Virus record (IMG/VR): IMGVR_UViG_3300034107_000314
Span: 91,260 to 155,259 of that record
DNA: 64,000 nt
Strand: one strand, 5' to 3'
Source of the DNA: a virus
The position numbers and the translations under genes are program-made. Shown in pieces: positions 29,782 to 39,770 of this stretch. How positions within the stretch are numbered: position 1 is the stretch's first letter; every line of letters starts with the position of its first letter. The notes below the pieces were generated by a model, which saw nothing but the letters and a program-made list of their open reading frames with translations, was not told the DNA's origin and did not search any database.

Positions 29782-29948
29782 CCGCGAAGTTGCGGAACGC
29801 AATAGGTGGAATCGAACCACAATTTCAGGTTCAACTTTTTTCTTGATTGAGTCGTTTTTTTAGAACGCCTGTCAAGAGTTGAACATGAAAGAACCATCAT
29901 CGCGGAAGTCAAGTGTCGGAATCGAACCGACATTAAACCATTCTTGAC
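29782..29948 (-). ncRNA. two adjacent tRNA-elbow-like RNAs (29908-29948 and 29782-29905)
   Basis: GTCAAG-AATGGTTTAA-TGTCGG(TTCGATT)CCGACA-CTTGAC; CCGCGA...TGATGG...long stem...GTGG(TTCGATT)CCAC...TCGCGG. Confidence 0.6.
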
Positions 29949-29955
29949 GTAGGGA

Positions 29956-30707
29956 TTATTCATCCCCGAAGAAATCTTCGCACCATTTTTCATAGCTAGA
30001 ACGGGCGTTGAATTCTTGAACGATTGCTTCCAATTGGGCCACGACTTCCATCGGGTCAAGAGCAAACGCCACTTCCATATCCAGCAAATCTTGCTCGGTT
30101 GGAATATAGTCGCCTTGAACATCTTCGCATTGCAATTGGGCGTCGAAATCGTCGAATTGATTTTGCATCTGTCGTTTCCTTTGTTTGAGTCTCGTTTGCC
30201 TTACACCACTATTGTATCACACCGCAAGCGATTGTCAAGAGATTTTTCCATCGGAATCTAGGGAATAAACCACCACGACTTCCAAGCCATTTTTAGCAAT
30301 CCAATAGCCCGCACCAAGTTCTCGGCATTGACGGGCGTACACTATTGCATCATCTGAATTCAGCATGATCGCACGTTGAACGATTATTTCGCTCGTTTCT
30401 ACTATGGTTTCGACATCGGTTGGAATTGCGTATTCAGCCATCTTGAAAGCCCTTGTCTGAGTGTTGTTTGCTTGCCTTACACTACTATTATACCTGATTA
30501 ACTCGCGTTGTCAAGTATATTTTTTTGAATTTCTTCAAATAGTTTTTCAGCAGATTGAAGGGAATCAAAGAAGACCGTTTCCGTTTCTCCGTTGATGGCA
30601 CGCTCAACAGAGAATCCAAAGCTAGAATTCTTTAGCTTGAACATCATCACGGCGTTTTTACCACTGCGAAATTTCCGTAACCCTGTTTTTACAGTCATCA
30701 GATTCAT
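29956..30707 (-). CDS. three small early genes (29956-30168 acidic, 30235-30441, 30498-30707)
   Basis: Each has its own promoter and RBS. Confidence 0.55.
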
Positions 30708-30886
30708 CGTACCGCTCTCCGCTGAGTGTTAGATTCTTTTCTTCTACTGCCATCATACCATATATATCGACCATTACAAGCCCCTACCACCACTATTTTT
30801 CAAAATATTTTTAGACGCTGCCCAGCCGGGGTCACTCTGAGTCAGTATATTATTGTAATGCAATTGCATTAATAATACAATTGATA

Positions 30887-30963
30887 TAACTACTTGCTAC
30901 ATAAGGACTTATGGCGCGCCCCCTAGCCCGGCTCGCCGTAAATCCTTACACCGCAACGACTTA
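30887..30963. repeat. 77-bp paired-dyad site, copy 3
   Basis: TAACTACTTG-N5-TAAGGACTTA-N27-TAAATCCTTA-N5-CAACGACTTA. Confidence 0.9.
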
Positions 30964-31130
30964 GGTCGATTGCATTATAATATAATTAAATTAACATATG
31001 TAAATTAGTTGATGTGATAATTAAAAAGAGATGCAACCGGATATTACCCCGATTGCATTTAATTGTTTAATCAGATGATAATATTGCAATTGCAACGCCC
31101 ACGAAAAAGCAGATTACAATTGTCATTTAA

Positions 31131-31928
31131 TTACCCCACCAAAGAAACGGATCTGGCCGTGACCCTTTCCTTTTTTTTGGCCTTTTTAACCTTGGGCTTG
31201 GCGGGTTGCGTACCGTGAATAATCAAGGCGAATGACTTATTACGGTTGTCAGGGATAGCGGCGTGGGAATCGTCGTTATCGACTTCCAGATTAAAATCTT
31301 CGGCCTCATTTTCATTTTGCAATACAATTGCTTCCCGCAATTTAAATTCATCAATCTTGGAATCGAGTCTACCACCACGACTTGCGGTCAAGACAAGGTT
31401 CGATATAGGATTGACAATTTTCATATCATCAATCCAATAATTTAATGCTTTGGTATAAGCATAAAAGAGGATTGATGGATTATTCATAATCACTTGCAAC
31501 CAAGCTCTGAAATATATGCGGTTGAAGAAATCACCCGCAACGTGAATACGAACGATACCGGCGTTTTTTGGCAAGTTCGCTTGAATTAATCTTGCGATTG
31601 CATTTATTTTCTCAACTTCGCTCAAACGATTGTCGGATACAATCGCACGAATCGCATCGAAATTGGCCTTGCGGAGATTGTAAACATTGGTGTAAACAAC
31701 TTCCTGCGAAGCTGAAAAACAGCGAAATTCGGTATTTGGGCCATCCTGAATCCTACGCTTGCCATCGACCAAAATAGCCCGACTCATACACTTGTCAGCT
31801 TGTGGACATGCCCAGCCTGATAAGAGGTCGAAACTGTAAATCTTACGGCCACCGTCAAGCCACTTGGCAAGAGCGGCGACTTTGTACAGTTTTTTGAGCT
31901 TTGTATTTGCGGCTGAAAACTTGACCAT
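31131..31928 (-). CDS. GP88-like phage protein
   Basis: NTKL, SFDLLSGWACP...C, CFSA, VRIHVAGDFF, FYAYTK. Confidence 0.7.
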   Translation of the reverse strand: MVKFSAANTKLKKLYKVAALAKWLDGGRKIYSFDLLSGWACPQADKCMSRAILVDGKRRIQDGPNTEFRCFSASQEVVYTNVYNLRKANFDAIRAIVSDNRLSEVEKINAIARLIQANLPKNAGIVRIHVAGDFFNRIYFRAWLQVIMNNPSILFYAYTKALNYWIDDMKIVNPISNLVLTASRGGRLDSKIDEFKLREAIVLQNENEAEDFNLEVDNDDSHAAIPDNRNKSFALIIHGTQPAKPKVKKAKKKERVTARSVSLVG

Positions 31929-32002
31929 GATTCTATCCTGTCCTGTGATTGTGATACTGGCGTTACTTGACTAGTGAATTATACCACACCGAATCGGGAA
32001 TG

Positions 32003-32618
32003 TCAAGAGGGTCGAACCACTTGGTTATTGAATACAAACCGCAAGGCTTGCATCAAATCTGAGATGTATGTAGGTTCTGACGAACCGTCAAGATAGTCCA
32101 CACAATAGCTAGAACTCTTAGTATCTTTGGTTAGCGACAATCGGCCATTGAGTGAGAACATGGCATAGTCTGTAATGTTCAGGGCCGGCGACTCGACACC
32201 CTTAACACGAATGAACCACTGACTAGCGATTGATTTTTCATTTTTGTTGAACTTGCGAACCATGCCGGAATCCCCTTGGAAAGTGTTACTTGCTTGACTT
32301 ATTAGATTATACCACGGATCGGCCACCGTGTCAAGAAATCTTTTTAAGATAGTTCAAAAGACTTTGGAAAGTTTTGAAATACCTTACTTTAGGCTCTAGG
32401 CCCAAGCCCCGTTGATATTCCCAAGCGTCAAGTTTGAAGTTTCTAGCGTTTGTAATCGAGACCGATCCAAAGTTGGACTTGACAACGAAATTCCTACGAA
32501 CTTCGAAGTTAGTGTTAAAGCCCATATTTTCTAGGCTGAATAGTTGAAGCTGTGAAAAGCTCCACCCCGTTGACGTTGAAGCACTTCGGATAACTCGCTC
32601 AATGTCCAGATGATCCAT
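32003..32618 (-). CDS. two small early genes (32003-32263, 32331-32618), probably paralogous
   Basis: Likely starts MVRKFNK and MDHLDIE; both end in a F/I..L/F..L..Y/F helix and stop inside the next -35 box. Confidence 0.5.
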
Positions 32619-32804
32619 GTTTCTTTCCCTGCTAGTGTGATCTTGCCTTACATATATATTATCGGCTATCGCGGCCCAAAGATCAAGCCCATTTGGCCTA
32701 GATAAGAAATTTCTTATTTTCAAGATTTGCTATTGTGTTGGGCCGATCTTGTCGATATACTATATAGATCAAGTCAGTCACCACTATTCAGAAAGGTCAG
32801 AACT

Positions 32805-33329
32805 ATGCCGAAATACTATCGTCGATCATCTGGAATCGTTACCCGTTATTGGGTAGTAGAAACATACTCTTTTCAAACGGCCAGTGATCGTGAAACCTTT
32901 TTTGCTTGGATCAAAGGTCAAGATGAGGGCAAAGTTGACGATGTAGAAATGGATGGATGTTCTATTACAGTTCGCTGGAATCGCTGATTTTCACCACCAC
33001 CATAAAGGATAGATATGTCCAATTTTACCAGAACCGATCTTGAAATTCTCGCGGCCTTTGATATTCCTACCAAATGGCTTCCCGCCAAATATCAAAACGG
33101 CCAGTCACACGTTAATGCAATTGCATTATTAAATCAGCACAAAAAAGCTGAGAAAGTTGCAATGAAAAAAGCTGCCAAAGCTCAGGCCAAAGCGGATCGG
33201 GCCATCCGATTATCCCATTACATATGTCAAGTGCAACGTGGGGAAGAAATACAATTCGACGTTAATGAAATGCAATTGTATAGCAATCAATTAAAATTCG
33301 TACAGGGCTTGTATACAAGGCTCAAATGA
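32805..33329 (+). CDS. two small genes on the opposite strand (about 32805-32987, 33015-33329)
   Basis: AAAGG RBS before each ATG; divergent promoter at about 32733-32761. Confidence 0.55.
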
Positions 33330-33348
33330 GCCTATAATGCAAACGATA

Positions 33349-33461
33349 TAAAGCCTTGCACCGTAAGGACTTACGGCAAGGCCCGTAGCGGCGAACGCTC
33401 TAAATCCTTACAGGGTAACGACTTATATCACAGTCGTAAATCGTTACCCCGTATAGACTTA
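33349..33461. repeat. 77-bp paired-dyad site, copy 4, plus a third dyad (33437-33461)
   Basis: TAAAGCCTTG-N5-TAAGGACTTA-N27-TAAATCCTTA-N5-TAACGACTTA...TAAATCGTTA-N5-TATAGACTTA. Confidence 0.9.
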
Positions 33462-33465
33462 CGCC

Positions 33466-35380
33466 TTAATGCAATTTCTCTGAGAGTTTATATCGCATTT
33501 TATCTACCATTTTATATAAGGCATCATCGTACCCTACATGATGTTGAATTTCATCGACTGTATCATCAATGAAATCTTTTAATATTTCAATATTCAATTT
33601 GAGAGTTTCAATCTCATCTCGTTTATTGGGGAATATTGTATGAATTGCATTATCGTTCATGTAATCAGATCCAATCATTTTGGCACTCCTAATACAAGGC
33701 CATTCTGGAAATTGAATTTGTCGCCGTTATTGTATCTCACAAGCCATTCATAGTTTTTTTGAAAGATGCAATCGGCGACCATCTCATAATTCTCATATTT
33801 CATCAATTGCAATAGAGCATTTAAACGCTCTTTAGTTGTGGCACTACGAACGCCACCATCGTAAATATAGATGGAACCGGCGATACTTTTATCAGCGATT
33901 GTATTTCCATACAAACGCAAAACCTTTCCATCTGTGGTTGTATTTCCATTGCGTTTAGGCTTTCCAGCAAGAAAGGCTGAAATGACTTCGCGTGATATTT
34001 TTCTCATACTAGTGTCCCGTTCCTGAAATTGCGGATCAATGTTTTGTTGAGTTCGTGAAGATTTTTGACTTTCAACTCATACCATTGCTTCTCATATAAA
34101 GCCTTGGCGAGTTCCATTTCAAGATACTCGATCCGAGCATCTTTATCTGAGTCGATATTGATCTTATTTCTCGACATCGAAAAAACCACCGTAATCTCTA
34201 GGATTGTGAATTGATGCCACCATCAATAGGCCAGTGAAACCAAGAACAGCGATGATGAAAAAATCACTCATTTGATTCTCTTTTCTAGTTGTGCGATACG
34301 GGTACAGATTGCCATCGTGTCATTTTCCGATTCAATATCCGAATCACCATTGATTAGGACATTCCGCAGGAATTGAAGTTCTTCCATATCACCGTCAACT
34401 TGATCCATGATACCATTCAGGGTGTTTAGGATCTTGATTAGCTTTGCCATCTGTCGTTTCCTCGTTTGACTTCCGCGTTTCTTATACTTCTATTATACAC
34501 TGCTAATACGGATTGTCAAGAGTTTATTTTACGATTTGCAATGCTTTCTTGTAACATTTTTGAAGCGGCCTGAATAAGTTCTTCGGCCTGTGCTGGCGTG
34601 TATTTGCTTGGTTCTGTTTTTTGAATATAGGCGTCCACTTTTTTGGACTCGCTATTTGTTAAACAGTCTACACAGACATCACCAACGGTGCGACTGATTT
34701 TCATCGAAATCAGATTAATGATGGGTGAGGATGAATCGGGCGTTTGATCGTCGATGTAGTAAACACTCTCACAGCGACCGCATGTGAACCGTTCCATTCT
34801 TTCACCATTCATTCCGTATACCGTTGACATTTTCGTTTCCTTCGCTTGATTACTGTCATCTATCACTATGTATATTATACGCTATGCTGATTAGAAGTCA
34901 AGCATAATTCCAGAAGAATCTTTCGATATTCTTTCCGGCCCATTGTTGCTTGACCATATCGGCCACAATCTGTGAGACATTATCATAACATCCATCGGAC
35001 GTTACGATGATAAACTTGCGGTAGGTTTTACCACTCATTACCACGTTCACAGAGACCTTTTCTTGAATCAGCATTTTCGTTTCCTTGACTAGTGGCTTGT
35101 TTCTTCTACTACTATTATACGACATCCAGCCCGAATGTCAAGAGATTGTTTCGACCAATCTATTAAAATCAAAGAAATATTGTGGTATTTTTTTGCCTGC
35201 TTCCTGATAACGATAGTTTGTTCCATAGTTCTTGGCAAGTTTGTACTTTCTACCATATCCGTTAAGATCCGCTACAATTGCGGTTATCGTTCCCTTGTTT
35301 TCATTGCATACCACATCGGCCCCGCCATCAAAGCCCAGAGCCTTAAGAGTTGTTAGTTGATCTTGTGTGAAACCGTTCAT
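33466..35380 (-). CDS. early small hypothetical genes (33466-33678, 33675-34007, 34004-34189, 34268-34450, 34516-34830, 34898-35074, 35138-35380)
   Basis: Tandem ORFs with RBS and individual promoters. Confidence 0.55.
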
Positions 35381-35597
35381 GATTCTGTCCCTTACTTGTG
35401 TTGATTGCTTACCCTTATGTATATATTATCGTCTATCTAGGCCCAAAGGTAAAGACAATTCCCAACTATTTTGAAAAGTATTTTTGTACACTAATCAGAC
35501 CTGTATATCTAATTACTATTGGATCTATATATCCGATTTTAATTTAGATAATTAGACCTAGATATCCAATTACACCTGTCGCGGCTATCTGATTACA

Positions 35598-35674
35598 TAA
35601 AGTGTTACACCGTAAGGACTTACGGCGTTCGCCGCTGCCGCGATTTTCGTAAATCCTTATACAGCAAGGCTTTA
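35598..35674. repeat. 77-bp paired-dyad site, copy 5
   Basis: TAAAGTGTTA-N5-TAAGGACTTA-N27-TAAATCCTTA-N5-CAAGGCTTTA. Confidence 0.9.
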
Positions 35675-35821
35675 TGACTTGTCACCAGTCACAAGGCCCA
35701 TGCTCCCATACATCCACATATGTAATTTCATTTATACGATATGTGCATTCATATGCAATCACATCGCCGTTATCATCATAGGCAATTGCAATTGAATCAT
35801 AATCAGTTGAGTAGTATAGCA

Positions 35822-37218
35822 TTATTCAGCCATCTCCTTTTTCATCTTCCGAATTTTTTCTTCGTTGTATCTTATATACATTTCGAGACTAGGATTACAA
35901 GTCCAAACATCTGCGATTAGTATAGCACGGGCAGCTTTCACTACTTCGATATCGTCTTGCAATTTCTTTATTTTCAATTCAATTTCCGACATAGCGGTTT
36001 TCATCAACAACCTTCTTCTTCCGTTTGAATGTGTACAACACCTTTATTATCTGTCAGCACATTAACTATGTCTTCTTCACACTGTAAGTGATCGTAAGGG
36101 TAATCGACCAAAACTTTGGCGTTTGGGTCAAGTTTGGACAATTCAGCAATCAATTCAGATACGGTCATTATTTAGCCCCTTTGATTAAAGCCTTCAATGC
36201 TTCCAATGTGTTAGCCTTTGCGTCAGGCCCATCCCACCCATCGGCTATTTCAGCATCATACATTAGCAATGAATCAATTGCCATATGAAATTCGATATAG
36301 AGATCCAGTTGCTTTTTTGTGGCCGATTGTTTGTGAGTCTTAGCTTTGCTCATCGTCATCTCTCTACTTGGTTACTTGCTTCACTTCACTAGTATATTAT
36401 CGACTATTCCAGCACTAAAGTCAAGATGGTTTTTTGAAATTCTTTACGAGTTCATCATCTGCCTTATCTGCCTCATGGTCAACCGTAAGGCAGAACAATA
36501 CAGCAGTTCCAGAGGCGTTACTAGAAAGCCCACGAAGTTTTAGGTTATTATCCCGTGTACAGAAAGTCACAACGGCATCATCCGATAGATCAGCTAGCAT
36601 TGCGAGTAGAGTAGCTTTAGTCGTCATAGTATCGTTCCTTTGTGCTGGTTACTGTCATCTCTATCACTACGTATAGGATACCATATATATCGACATCCTA
36701 CAAGATAATTCTCAACTATTTTTACAGTTCGTCCATATCTTTTAACGCCTTGACGATAATGGCGTGAACCTTGTCAGAAATGGCATCAACCACCAATTTG
36801 GCTGGCTTATCGTCGTCGTCTTGACTACAAGAGATTTCGCTAGAAATGCTCAAGAGCAATTGGACAAGATCATATTTCTTCATTGTATCGTCATTCATCG
36901 TATCGTTCCTTTGGGCTTGGTTACTGTCATCTATCTCTTATATATATAGTATAGGACATTTCCTATACATAGTCAAGACAATTCTGAAACTATTTCCAGA
37001 TATTCCATAGGTATCATGTAACCTTTCTCGCACCATGAGCTACCCCATTCAAGGCCATTCTTGCTCAATTCTGGGCATTGTTTGTTATACTTGCCGTTAT
37101 ACTTCCAGAGTACTTGACCAACCCTGAAAGCTATAGGCTCGACTTGGTAATTGAATTCGCCAGCAGCTATTTCAAAGGCTTGCTTGACTACTACTTTGTT
37201 TGAGTATTTGACGTTCAT
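35822..37218 (-). CDS. early small hypothetical genes (35822-36010, 36168-36359, 36421-36627, 36973-37218 and others)
   Basis: ORFs preceded by a shared leader GATAGATGACAGTAACC...AAAGGAAC. Confidence 0.5.
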
Positions 37219-37390
37219 GATTCTTTCCTTTGCGTTGATTGTTATCACCTATCTCTTATATATATAGTATCGTCTATTTCGTCGCCTATGTCCACATAAT
37301 TCTCAACTATTTTGAAAGATTGTCGAAAGTATTTTTGTACACTAATCATACCTACTTATCCTATTACGCATGTGGCTCTAGCTGATTACA

Positions 37391-37467
37391 TAAGGTGTTA
37401 CACAGTAAGGACTTACAGCGAGCCGCTTAGCCGCGAATTTCCTAAATCCTTATACAGCAAGGGCTTA
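37391..37467. repeat. 77-bp paired-dyad site, copy 6
   Basis: TAAGGTGTTA-N5-TAAGGACTTA-N27-TAAATCCTTA-N5-CAAGGGCTTA. Confidence 0.9.
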
Positions 37468-37493
37468 TATCAATTGCATATATATAATAACTA

Positions 37494-38134
37494 TTACATT
37501 AGACTATCATCCTCATTTGGGCTATCATCAACCTCAGCCAATTGTTGTGCAATCTCATCTATTTGTTTTTTCCATTCTGCTGCTATGATATCACAATCAG
37601 CTTGAAATTGAACGCACCAATTAACACAATCGGCACAGCGTGTATTAATAGGATATTCGATCAATTCACCACAGAAATCACACGTGTTCATTATTCGCCC
37701 TCCTTTTTTGAGCGAGCGGCTTGCTTTGCCGCACATGCCTTGCAGCACGTCCCGCCCCAAGCGTCATTAGCGACGCAAAGGGCCATCTCTCCGCAGTAAT
37801 CACAATCCGTCACCACATATACTTCGCTCATCTTTTCTTCCCTTTGCTTGGTTACTGTCATCTATCTTTTATACGTATAGGATACCACATGTACCCATAT
37901 CTTACAAGACAATTCTTAGAAATTCTCGTAAGTTTCTTTCGCTTCTTCTACGCTTGCAAGATTCCACATTTTGCGAACCTTGCCAGTGACTAGGCAAGTG
38001 ATTGCCAATACGAAACCGAAATCCCGTGTTTGGGATACGCTACACATACGCTTGGCATCAACCTTGCTATATGAGTATTGACCGAATTTGTTGCGACTTA
38101 CAATCCAACCGCTGTTTGTGATCGTTGCTTGCAT
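37494..38134 (-). CDS. small early genes (37494-37691 CxxC Zn-finger-like, 37916-38134)
   Basis: AGGAGG RBS; CDFC...CADC. Confidence 0.5.
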
Positions 38135-38296
38135 GTTCTTGTCCCTTAGCTTGGTTACTGTTCTCTACTTCTTATATATATATTATCGTCTATTTGGTGG
38201 CCCATGTCTACATAATTCCTAAGTATTTTAGAAAGTTTATTTGTACACTAATTAGACGTTCTTATCCCATTACACCTGTGGGTCTAGCTGATTACA

Positions 38297-38373
38297 TAAG
38301 GTGTTACAGTGTAAGGACTTACGGCGTTCGCCGCTAGGGGGGATGCTATATCTCCTTACTACATAAGCCTTTA
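38297..38373. repeat. 77-bp paired-dyad site, copy 7
   Basis: TAAGGTGTTA-N5-TAAGGACTTA-N27-TATCTCCTTA-N5-TAAGCCTTTA. Confidence 0.85.
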
Positions 38374-38431
38374 TGATCTGCTAATATATATACATACGTT
38401 GATATGATAGGCAAAAAAAAGCTGTATGGCG

Positions 38432-38614
38432 TTAACCACACTGCCCACTTGTTAAACAAGTGAAGTACGTTAAAGTACATGTTTTTGGGACGACAAATTG
38501 TTGAACATGCTGGCGAGTTGCATAGAACCCGCCGCTCCTAACATACGTCATTGTGTAGACTTCGTTGGTTGTGTTGTTGGTGATTGTGACGCTGTACATA
38601 TTGGTTGTGTTCAT
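38432..38614 (-). CDS. small hypothetical protein (rightmost gene of the early region)
   Basis: AGGACAG RBS, own promoter. Confidence 0.5.
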   Translation of the reverse strand: MNTTNMYSVTITNNTTNEVYTMTYVRSGGFYATRQHVQQFVVPKTCTLTYFTCLTSGQCG

Positions 38615-39216
38615 GATTCTGTCCTGTCCCTTGTGTTAGGTATCCGTCACTCATCTCTTATATATATAATATAGCACATCACTGATCTATCGTCAAGATT
38701 ATTCACCTACTATTTTCAAAGATTCTCGAAATATTTTCTTCTCTTTTTTGCTATTGTAATCTGCTGATTATGTCGATATAATATATAGAGAAAGGCAAGG
38801 TGATAGATGAATAACTATGTGATGCTGGTAGTGGTGATGGGGTGTCCGGTTGGGCTATATGCGATGATGGTAGTGAATATGATGGTTGAACCATTTAGAA
38901 AGGATAGGTAAGATGAGGGGGTGGTGGTTTTTTGTTCATTAGTTAACCCCCCGATTTTCTCGAAAAAAGGGCGGGTGGGTCTTGCGCAATCCACAACTCT
39001 AAAAAATAAAGTATCACCCTATTTACTAAGAGTAAGAAACATGTAAACCAAACCTGTTAACAGTCAGTTTCTTAAAGTCCCCAAAAGCATACCTGAGAAA
39101 CTCTAGTCTAATCCCTATATCCTGCACCTCTATGTAGCAATAAACATCATTATGTATAACGATATCAACTCCACGATTCTCATACCTCTGGATTAACTCC
39201 TTAGTAATTAACCTCT

Positions 39217-39636
39217 CTAGTTGCGATTGATAAGCATATCCGCTTCTTCCGGGGTTTTGTCCCCCTTTATACAATTGCACGTTTTGCACGAAGTAACAAG
39301 ATTCTCCCATGTTTCTTTCCCCCCTCTACTTTTTGGCATAACATGATCTACGGATAATTCCCCTTGTTCAAGTTGCTTTCCGCAGTACACACAGGTATAA
39401 TTATCTCGTAAGAATATATTTCTTCTATTAGGTTTATACATTCTATCGGGCAACTTGATATATTTCTTCAGCACAACAATCTTTGGTATATGATAAGAAC
39501 TTGTTACAGTATTTACCTCTTCTTTGTAGTATTCGACAACATGAACCTTATCAGCCATGTATAGTTTCAAACCGCGTTTCCAAGAAACTATTTTTAAATG
39601 TGTATAATTACTATTAAGTATTGTTGTATTCTTCAT
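39217..39636 (-). CDS. HNH endonuclease (McrA/HNH_5-like)
   Basis: RRNIFLRDNYTCVYCG...SVDHVMPKSRGG...WENLVTSCKTCN..KG. Confidence 0.92.
   Translation of the reverse strand: MKNTTILNSNYTHLKIVSWKRGLKLYMADKVHVVEYYKEEVNTVTSSYHIPKIVVLKKYIKLPDRMYKPNRRNIFLRDNYTCVYCGKQLEQGELSVDHVMPKSRGGKETWENLVTSCKTCNCIKGDKTPEEADMLINRN
39599..39606 (+). promoter_or_regulatory. putative phage late-promoter motif TGTGTATA
   Basis: Same motif upstream of the HNH gene (1862), the candidate ncRNA (19779), portal (44784), protease (46944), 50052 (50008) and 60783 (60735), and on the minus strand at 10555 and 19341. Confidence 0.65.
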
Positions 39637-39770
39637 TTAAGGAATCCTTATGAAAACTATTCATTCTGAACTGACTATGGTTGAAACTTCTGAACTAGAA
39701 AAAAGTGTGGCCGAAGACCTAAAAGTGCCTGACCCCAAAAACATTATAGCAAAGGACAAGAGAGAAGTCA

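Noticed and set aside
25174-38373. 77-bp sites as CRISPR repeat-spacer units or integron attC sites
   Set aside because: Copies are kilobases apart, the 27-mers resemble each other, RYYYAAC/GTTRRRY ends are absent, and no integrase is present in the window.
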